A DNA stretch of 33,147 bases, from the IMG/VR virus record IMGVR_UViG_3300037195_001519, positions 1 through 33,147 of that record. The stretch is one strand, 5' to 3'. Shown here piece after piece: positions 27,396 through 33,147 of this stretch. Each line of letters begins with the position of its first letter. Positions within the stretch are counted from its first letter, which is position 1. This stretch comes from a virus (Duplodnaviria > Caudoviricetes). Both the position numbers and the translations under genes were made by a program. The notes under the pieces are model-generated. The model was not told the DNA's origin, ran no database searches, and worked only from the letters and a program-made list of their open reading frames with translations.

Positions 27396-27427
27396 CTGTT
27401 ATCAATAACCTTGGTTTTTGGTAACAG
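27396..27427. other. hix-like serine recombinase crossover site
   Basis: TTATCAATAACC-TT-GGTTTTTGGTAA (27399-27424). The arms extend to 15 bp with 13/15 symmetry. Confidence 0.65.
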
Positions 27428-27518
27428 TATACTAAATATACCTTGCGATAGGTATGTTATATACTAAATATACCTTGCGATAGGTATGTTATATACTAAA
27501 TATACCTTGCGATAGGTA
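27428..27518. repeat. 32-bp perfect tandem repeat x2.8
   Basis: TATACTAAATATACCTTGCGATAGGTATGTTA at 27428, 27460 and 27492 (partial). Internal IR ATACCT-N6-AGGTAT. Confidence 0.95.
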
Positions 27519-27527
27519 CATAAGGTA

Positions 27528-28136
27528 CTAATCTTCTTCTTCTAGCAAAGCTAACTCTGCCTCTAATTTCATAACATCGTCTTCTTTCTCTCCGATGTCC
27601 CCTTTATACTCATTGATTCGCCCGTGTGCCATTGCAACATTTTGCGTTGACTCACCTTTTAATAACCTGGCTTTATCGAACATAATCCCCCCAGTGCTAG
27701 CTAATTGAAGCGTAGAGGCCTTCTCTACTTTATCGGGCCTCATGGCTTGATTAAATGCCATTTGGCTCTTAATGAGCAAGTCAGAGGCCATCCTGTCTTT
27801 TATCTTATCAGCAAGGTCGGTGTTCCCCAATAAATCAATATTCGGGTCATTCATCCAGCTATTAACTGTAGTTCTTCCCACTTGGCATATATCTGCGACC
27901 TGTTGATAGGTATATCCCTGTATTACAAGTGTCTTAGCAAAAACCTTTACTTCATCAGGGAACCCACTAGAACTTTTAGTTCTGGCTGGTAAATTTTCAA
28001 GCACATACCTTTGTGCCCTCTCTAGATTGTCCTTGTCTTCACCCTCATACTTCTCGAGAAATTCTTCTGGTTTTTTATTTATTAACTGATGGGGGTCTTT
28101 CTTTGGATCAGGGTTAGGATTTCTCTTTCTAGGCAT
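27528..28136 (-). CDS. Terminase small subunit-like HTH protein
   Basis: HTH (GYTYQQVADICQVGRTTVNSW), then helices with LA..GGI.FDKARLL.GESTQN. AAGGAG SD. Confidence 0.7.
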   Translation of the reverse strand: MPRKRNPNPDPKKDPHQLINKKPEEFLEKYEGEDKDNLERAQRYVLENLPARTKSSSGFPDEVKVFAKTLVIQGYTYQQVADICQVGRTTVNSWMNDPNIDLLGNTDLADKIKDRMASDLLIKSQMAFNQAMRPDKVEKASTLQLASTGGIMFDKARLLKGESTQNVAMAHGRINEYKGDIGEKEDDVMKLEAELALLEEED

Positions 28137-28184
28137 AAAAACATCTCCTTAGTATAGTATAGTCTATACTATTGTATTACATTT

Positions 28185-28352
28185 CTATTTCTTCACATAC
28201 CTAACTACCTTTTTGTAGTTTCGATTAATCCATTGTTGAGTATTTAGCTCATTCCAATTATTACGTCTTGCTATCTCACGAACAGAAAGCCCCTCGTTCT
28301 GAAGGGCTTCTATTATCTCTATATCATAGTCGTATTTTTTAGGCCGTGACAT
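28185..28352 (-). CDS. Small stand-alone HTH protein with Hin-like N-terminal arm
   Basis: MSRPKK...IEALQNEGLSVREIARR. Start reassigned to the ATG at 28352. Confidence 0.7.
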   Translation of the reverse strand: MSRPKKYDYDIEIIEALQNEGLSVREIARRNNWNELNTQQWINRNYKKVVRYVKK

Positions 28353-28716
28353 AAGTTTCGTTATAGACCTTTTTTGATTCCTTAAGAGATGCTTTGCAAA
28401 TATTTTCATCCACTAAAACTTTGATCGACTCTGGAATATCGTTATAATCAAATAAAAGACAAAACCTATCGGAGCATACAGACTCTAGCCCATAAACCAG
28501 TTTATTGGGCGATACGATAAAGGGTTTTTTTAAAAAAGGACGCTCTTGTAAGAATTTTACCCCACGATAATTAAACTCGGAATCTTTTTTGTGTTTTTTC
28601 TGGAATTGATTCCAACTCAATTGTTTTTCACTGTATTTTTCATTAAATAATAAAATTGATTTAGATGCTAAATGTTTTATTATTATTTGCGTTCTCTCTT
28701 TATCTATCGTTATCAT
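28339..28716 (-). CDS. Hypothetical protein, first gene of leftward operon
   Basis: Start reassigned to the ATG at 28716 (AAGGGAG SD), downstream of the promoter. Confidence 0.6.
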   Translation of the reverse strand: MITIDKERTQIIIKHLASKSILLFNEKYSEKQLSWNQFQKKHKKDSEFNYRGVKFLQERPFLKKPFIVSPNKLVYGLESVCSDRFCLLFDYNDIPESIKVLVDENICKASLKESKKVYNETYVTA

Positions 28717-28748
28717 TTTCTTTACTCCCTTGCGTTTAATGTCCCTAT

Positions 28749-28777
28749 ATAATATCAATGATATTGCATAGTGTCAA
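28749..28777 (-). promoter_or_regulatory. Strong leftward sigma70 promoter with palindromic operator
   Basis: TTGACA-17-TATTAT with TG extension. Palindrome AATATCA-A-TGATATT (28751-28765). Confidence 0.8.
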
Positions 28778-28778
28778 C

Positions 28779-29347
28779 AGGGCAGGTAAGGGCAGGTAAA
28801 GGGCAGTTTTGAAAACAAAACGGCCCTGAGTTATCCACAGGTTTTAGCCTCGGATTTACACTTATCCACAACCAAAAGGGCAGGTAGGGCAGGTTTTTTT
28901 TATATCTTTTATTGTAAAATAAAAAAAAACAACGTTATCATATTGTTATCAATACCTCTTTTAGCTGTTTTCTTTCGTTCTATTAAGTTAAAAAAAGCTG
29001 CCCTACCTGCCCTTTTACAACAGAAAAACAAAAATTCGAGGCTAACCACCTCTTTGAAAACAGGGCAGGTATAATCTAAAAGCTGCCCTTTTGCTGCCCT
29101 TTTTACTAAAAAAGCTGCCCTTTTGCTGCCCTAAATAGCCGTTTTAGATGTTATCAAAACTATCAAAACTAAACACTGCGTTATCAAAACAGTTCTCAAA
29201 AGGTAGGTTTTGATAGTTTTGATAACAAAAAAAGAGGTTTTGATAACAGTTACGATAACAATAAAAACAGGTTTTGATAACAATTGATAACAAAAATAGG
29301 GCAGAAACAGGGCAGCTTTTGTTTCAAATCTGCCCTGTTATAGGGCA
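28779..29347. repeat. Putative replication origin: AGGGCAG and GTTATCA iteron arrays with AT-rich spacer
   Basis: 15 perfect AGGGCAG (8 forward, 7 reverse). A 19-bp IR (28874-28892/28998-29016) flanks an AT-rich core. Also a 23-bp direct repeat at 29078/29110 and a 21-bp IR at 29149-29169/29207-29227. Confidence 0.8.
28831..28870 (+). promoter_or_regulatory. Two perfect DnaA boxes
   Basis: TTATCCACA at 28831-28839 and 28862-28870, same orientation, 31 bp apart. Confidence 0.8.
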
Positions 29348-29373
29348 TTAGTTATAACCTATAAAATAAATGA

Positions 29374-29412
29374 TTGGAATTAATTTGCAAATAATGTATA
29401 ATATTGTAGAAT
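29374..29412 (+). promoter_or_regulatory. Rightward sigma70 promoter(s)
   Basis: TTGGAA-17-TATAAT, overlapping TTGCAA-16-TAGAAT. Confidence 0.65.
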
Positions 29413-29486
29413 GTACTTAAAACTAAAGATAGGAGGTTAAAGGGAAGGTAAAGTATAGACAACAAATACAAACGCAAGGGTGAAAA

Positions 29487-29780
29487 ATGATAATAAAAAA
29501 TAAAGCATTAATAGAATTATCCGAAGAATTAAGAGAAAAACAATCAAAGTATATATATAATGTATACACTAAAAGAGCAGCTGAACAATTGGGATACATT
29601 GTTATTGGCTACCCACCTAATGAATACGACAAAACGTTATACTCTGCCTTAAAGAGTTTTAAAAGAATGGAGAGAGAAAGCGAGACATTGGAAAGAATTC
29701 CAGAGTCCCTATTCTCAGCAACAAAGGCTTTTATCGATGTTTTCAGCAAAGCATTAACCAATTTAAAAGGGTTAAACTAG
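29487..29780 (+). CDS. Hypothetical protein, first gene of rightward operon
   Basis: 97-aa ORF with AAGGG SD. Confidence 0.65.
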   Translation: MIIKNKALIELSEELREKQSKYIYNVYTKRAAEQLGYIVIGYPPNEYDKTLYSALKSFKRMERESETLERIPESLFSATKAFIDVFSKALTNLKGLN

Positions 29781-29789
29781 TGAAACAAC

Positions 29790-29924
29790 ATGGAAGTATT
29801 AATGAAATCATTGGTTGCTTTCATCTTAACGATGCTAGCAATCCCTATAATATACTTAATAGAAAAAGTAGCAGAAAATCATGATAAAAAGAAAAGGGGA
29901 AGAAATAATGGAAAAAGAACGTGA
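29790..29924 (+). CDS. Small membrane peptide (44 aa, not in ORF track)
   Basis: MEVLMKSLVAFILTMLAIPIIYLIEK... has one TM segment and a basic tail. Confidence 0.55.
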   Translation: MEVLMKSLVAFILTMLAIPIIYLIEKVAENHDKKKRGRNNGKRT

Positions 29925-30102
29925 ATGGAAGAGTTTTTTAAGTTGTTGTGGTTATATAATGGATAGCGACTTAAATAAGTTCAAATATCATTTGAAATAC
30001 GTTAAAAAAGAGAATTTATTAAGAGGGTTAAAAGACAGGGTTATGTATTCAGACTCTCCAGATAAATTTTTATTAGAAATAAAAAAAGTGGAGAGAAACT
30101 AA
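29908..30102 (+). CDS. Hypothetical protein
   Basis: Start reassigned to the ATG at 29908 after an AGGGG SD. Confidence 0.55.
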   Translation: MEKEREWKSFLSCCGYIMDSDLNKFKYHLKYVKKENLLRGLKDRVMYSDSPDKFLLEIKKVERN

Positions 30103-30103
30103 A

Positions 30104-30232
30104 ATGACAGTAATATGTGCGTGGTGTAAAAAATTAATAAGAACAACCATAAGTAATGAAAATAAAAATAAAAAATCACACGGAATATGCACTTGTTGTT
30201 TAAACAAACTAATAAAAGGGGTTCGAAGATGA
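30104..30232 (+). CDS. Small Zn-finger protein (42 aa, not in ORF track)
   Basis: MTVICAWCKK...SHGICTCC, with GGAG SD and an ATGA overlap with the next gene. Confidence 0.8.
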   Translation: MTVICAWCKKLIRTTISNENKNKKSHGICTCCLNKLIKGVRR

Positions 30233-30402
30233 AAAACAAAACACTTGTACAGATTAATCAATTATTTATAACTATAAACAAATGGGAAGATAATTTTAGT
30301 AATACCCCAGTTATAAACACAATAAAAAATGTAATAGAGAATAAAAAAGAAAACGAAGAAAATGAACTTAGGTGGAAAAAATATCTTAAAAGTATAAGCT
30401 AG
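30229..30402 (+). CDS. Hypothetical protein
   Basis: MKNKTLVQ..., with AAGGGG SD and ATGA coupling. Confidence 0.55.
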   Translation: MKNKTLVQINQLFITINKWEDNFSNTPVINTIKNVIENKKENEENELRWKKYLKSIS

Positions 30403-30496
30403 AATTTAATATACTAGCATATACTACACTATAAGATATGAAAGGGTTTATAAACAATAAATTGCCACACCTATAATAATATGACATTATTATGTG

Positions 30497-30556
30497 TAAT
30501 GCTGGCAGTTTGCATACCCTTGCGTTGTGCCAGCAGGTTGAGTTGTTCTTTTTTGG
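30497..30556 (+). ncRNA. Candidate small RNA
   Basis: Promoter TTGCCA-17-CATTAT (30462-30490), hairpin TGCTGGCA/TGCCAGCA (30500-30535) and a downstream T6 run. Boundaries approximate. Confidence 0.4.
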
Positions 30557-30691
30557 GCACAATCATTGGGCTAAAAACCCAGCAACACTATAGATTAGTA
30601 TATGCTAGTATAGCGTATATTATAAAGACAGTACTTTACTATAAGTCCATAACAGATCTATAATAGTAAGGTGTAATCCAATAAATAGAGG

Positions 30692-31081
30692 TTGATGATT
30701 GTGCCAATTAGAGAAAAAAAGAATATAATTTATAAAGAAGACACTAAGCATATATTTGATCTTAAAGATCAGTATGACCTTTCCCATCGGAATTACGAAT
30801 TAAAAAAACTCTGGGCGCTGAAAGAGTTTCAGAAAGCAGCGTCAAAGTTTCGCGTTGTTGAATCTGAATATAAGAGCCACAAAAGCAAATTTTGGCACGC
30901 AGTAGAAGAGCATCTAGATGCCCATGAGAAAAATTTAAATATTAATAAAGAGGGGAGTAATAATTCCAATTTATCAATTTGGATTGAATCATCAGACGAA
31001 GAACTTCCCGAAACAGAAGACTTTATAAAATTCATATTTGGAGTTGAAGGAAGAGAAGAGGATTTTGGACAAGATGTTTAA
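30692..31081 (+). CDS. Hypothetical protein
   Basis: 129-aa ORF with AGAGGT SD and a coiled coil, upstream of the helicase. Confidence 0.65.
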   Translation: MMIVPIREKKNIIYKEDTKHIFDLKDQYDLSHRNYELKKLWALKEFQKAASKFRVVESEYKSHKSKFWHAVEEHLDAHEKNLNINKEGSNNSNLSIWIESSDEELPETEDFIKFIFGVEGREEDFGQDV

Positions 31082-32744
31082 GCCCGTTGTCTTCTCTAGA
31101 ACAAAAAAAGACCGTCTTTATGTGAGGTGCTCATATAAAGACGAGGCAACAAAATCTTTAATCATTAATGATTTAAGGGGTAGTTGGAACACGACGAATA
31201 AAGCATGGGAATTGTTTAATACCAACTCTGTATTAAACACTCTTCTCCAGAATAATATAGATTTACCAGCAGAGCTAATTCCTGAAGAGCCAGACTTCAC
31301 CCCTATTAAAAAAACAAAAAATCTAACAGAGGTAGAGGATAAAATACGGCGTAATTCTAAGACCACGCCTTATGATCACCAAACGGCGTTGGTAGATTTA
31401 ACACTACAAAAGAAGAAGGTCTTTTTCCTTTGTAGTGTGGGTACTGGAAAATCTAAACCAGCTATTGATTCCCTTTCTATCTTATTCTCAGAGAATAAGA
31501 TAGATAAAGCCTTAATCGTCACCCCTGCAAGCGTAATGGAAAACTTCCAAAAAGAGATCAATGTCCATTCAAATTTAGAAAGCATTCTTATTCAGGGTAG
31601 TTTAATTAAAAGAAAGGATTTAATAAAAAACAACCCCATAAAAACGCATATCATAAATTACGACGTCTTATCGAAGCTAAGAAAAGATCTTAAAAAAGAA
31701 GATTACGACGCCATAATATTTGATGAGATACACTTTTTAAAGAACCATAAATCACAGCGTAGCAAAGCAGCTTACGACATAGCAAAAAAAGCACAATATA
31801 AGATAGGACTAACAGGCACATTGATCGCCAATAATTTCGTAGACGCATTTGGACCATACCTCGTTATTGATGATGAAATATTTGGAACCAACTTCAACCA
31901 GTTCAAAAATAGATATTGTGTGATGGGTGGCTACCACGCAACGGTTAAGATAATGGGTAGAGAACGAAAGGTAGCTACGGAAATAATAGGGTATAAAAAT
32001 AAAAGTGGATTTAAAACAAAGTTAGCGCAAAATAGTCTTAAATTTGAACTAAAAGACGTTTCTGACCTACCTGACGCAATAGAGATTAAAAAGACGTTTA
32101 CCTTAACCCCTAAAACTAAAAAATTGTACAACGAAATGAAAAATATGATGGTTGTACAAAAGCCTGATGGTGGTGAGTGCAGTATTGTTTTTGCAGAAAA
32201 CCATTTAGACCAAGTGTTAAAGATGCAAAAGATTGCATCGGGGTTCTTAGATGATGAGATAGACCTTAGTAATGAGAAACTCTTATCTGTTTTAGAAGTT
32301 TTAGAAGAGACTTCCAAAACAGACAAGATCGTTGTCTGGTGTCGGTTCACAAAGTCAATTGACAGAGTGGTCCAGTTTTTGGAGAAGCACAACATCAGCT
32401 GTTGTGTTTTTGATGGTCGTTCCAAAGACAAAACAATTTACAAAACCTTTAATGATGATGACACGAAAGTAATGGTGTCACAGATCAGCAAGGGCATAGG
32501 CTGGGATATTCCCAACGTTCGTTACTCAATTTTTTATGAGTTAACGTACTCTAGAACTGACCTTGTTCAGTCCAAGGGACGCACTCAGCGTCCAGCCTCC
32601 AAGCATAGCCAAGGTGTCACATACTTTTACATTTATCTACTTGGGAAAGACACGATAGATGAGAAGTTGCATGACGTTTTAAAGCACAAGGACTTCACAA
32701 GTAAAGAAGCCCTAGAATATGTAGAAGGAGGCAAAAAAGGATGA
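31038..32744 (+). CDS. SNF2-family (DEAH) helicase
   Basis: PYDHQ, VGTGKS, LIVTP, IINYD, IIFDEIH..KN..S.R, LTGT and IVVWCRF motifs. Alternative start ATG 31074. Confidence 0.93.
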   Translation: MELKEEKRILDKMFKPVVFSRTKKDRLYVRCSYKDEATKSLIINDLRGSWNTTNKAWELFNTNSVLNTLLQNNIDLPAELIPEEPDFTPIKKTKNLTEVEDKIRRNSKTTPYDHQTALVDLTLQKKKVFFLCSVGTGKSKPAIDSLSILFSENKIDKALIVTPASVMENFQKEINVHSNLESILIQGSLIKRKDLIKNNPIKTHIINYDVLSKLRKDLKKEDYDAIIFDEIHFLKNHKSQRSKAAYDIAKKAQYKIGLTGTLIANNFVDAFGPYLVIDDEIFGTNFNQFKNRYCVMGGYHATVKIMGRERKVATEIIGYKNKSGFKTKLAQNSLKFELKDVSDLPDAIEIKKTFTLTPKTKKLYNEMKNMMVVQKPDGGECSIVFAENHLDQVLKMQKIASGFLDDEIDLSNEKLLSVLEVLEETSKTDKIVVWCRFTKSIDRVVQFLEKHNISCCVFDGRSKDKTIYKTFNDDDTKVMVSQISKGIGWDIPNVRYSIFYELTYSRTDLVQSKGRTQRPASKHSQGVTYFYIYLLGKDTIDEKLHDVLKHKDFTSKEALEYVEGGKKG

Positions 32745-33147
32745 CAGGAATACCACCAATTACAAGTAGGCTTCGTGATCTCAAGAAAGAGAAAGAACAA
32801 GCTGATAAGGAAATGGATGAATATTTAAGTCCGTTGGTTAAAAAAAGGATGGAATTAGAATCGTTGTTGAAAGAAAAATCACAAGAATTAAAACCTTTAG
32901 AAGATGAGCTATCACAAATTGATGCAGAGATAGAAACTGTATTAAGAGAAAGCGAAGCGGAAGAATATCGCGCAGAAGGGAAAAAGTTTTTTATCAGTGA
33001 AGAGCTTGCTCCTAAAGCGGTAGATATAAAAGGTGTTTTTGATTGGATATTCAACGGCAATGATTCCATTGAAATAACCAATAAAAAAGGTATTCAAGAA
33101 ACATACCACAAATCAAATATTTTGTTGGCTAACATGATCTCAAAACG
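32741..33147 (+). CDS. Coiled-coil replication/recombination-module protein (partial, runs off window)
   Basis: ATGA overlap with the helicase and GGAGG SD. MTGIPPITSRLRDLKKEK... is open to the window end. Confidence 0.65.
   Translation, partial: MTGIPPITSRLRDLKKEKEQADKEMDEYLSPLVKKRMELESLLKEKSQELKPLEDELSQIDAEIETVLRESEAEEYRAEGKKFFISEELAPKAVDIKGVFDWIFNGNDSIEITNKKGIQETYHKSNILLANMISK

Larger units (their letters stand above)
1..33147. mobile_element. Tailed phage genome segment, P22-like podovirus morphogenesis, probable phage-plasmid
   Basis: Contiguous terminase-portal-capsid-gp4/gp10/needle-ejection-lysis genes. No tape measure or sheath gene. ParA/RHH pair, resolvase and iteron/DnaA-box origin are present. 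No host housekeeping genes or integrase in the window. Confidence 0.93.

Noticed and set aside
27055-27405. 116-aa ORF across the repeat-rich region
   Set aside because: It runs through a promoter, homopolymer tracts and tandem repeats, giving a low-complexity translation. The region is better explained as non-coding.
22313-27427. Invertible segment between the 22313 and 27396 sites
   Set aside because: The spacers differ (12 vs 14 bp) and the cores do not match, so the 22313 site fits an operator rather than a crossover partner.
27428-27518. CRISPR mini-array
   Set aside because: The 32-bp units are head-to-tail with no unique spacers, and no cas genes are present.
30829-33081. Minus-strand ORFs opposite the helicase module
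   Set aside because: Shadows of the SNF2 helicase and neighbouring plus-strand genes.
1-33147. Alternative genetic code, tRNA or rRNA genes
   Set aside because: Long genes are intact in code 11 and all three stop codons end genes. No cloverleaf or rRNA-like segment was recognised by eye.

Overview
The whole window is part of an AT-rich tailed phage genome with a short-tailed (P22-like podovirus) morphogenesis module and plasmid-maintenance functions, so it is probably a phage-plasmid. The minus strand runs from a divergent control/origin region (about 28.7-29.4 kb) through HTH genes, the small terminase and a 6.3-kb cargo block (small genes, YopX, XRE regulator, an opposite-strand beta-propeller lipoprotein, ParA plus a ParG-like RHH partner, a serine resolvase). 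It continues through the large terminase, a DUF2292-like small protein, portal, GroES-like co-chaperonin, scaffold, capsid and decoration proteins, gp4/tailspike/gp10/needle, a GNAT-like protein, three ejection proteins and a lysis cassette. The plus strand right of the origin carries small early genes and an SNF2 helicase. The most interesting signals are non-coding: (1) two copies of a GCURA-stem-loop-AGGC RNA motif, one containing the DUF2292-like stop codon and one overlapping a strong terminator in front of the portal operon; (2) a near-perfect hix-type recombination site; (3) five arrays with TA every 5 bp, at or near promoters and gene starts; (4) a candidate sRNA antisense to the ribosome-binding sites of both origin-flanking genes; (5) an origin with two iteron families and two perfect DnaA boxes. 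All protein calls come from visual motif recognition and gene order, not database searches.
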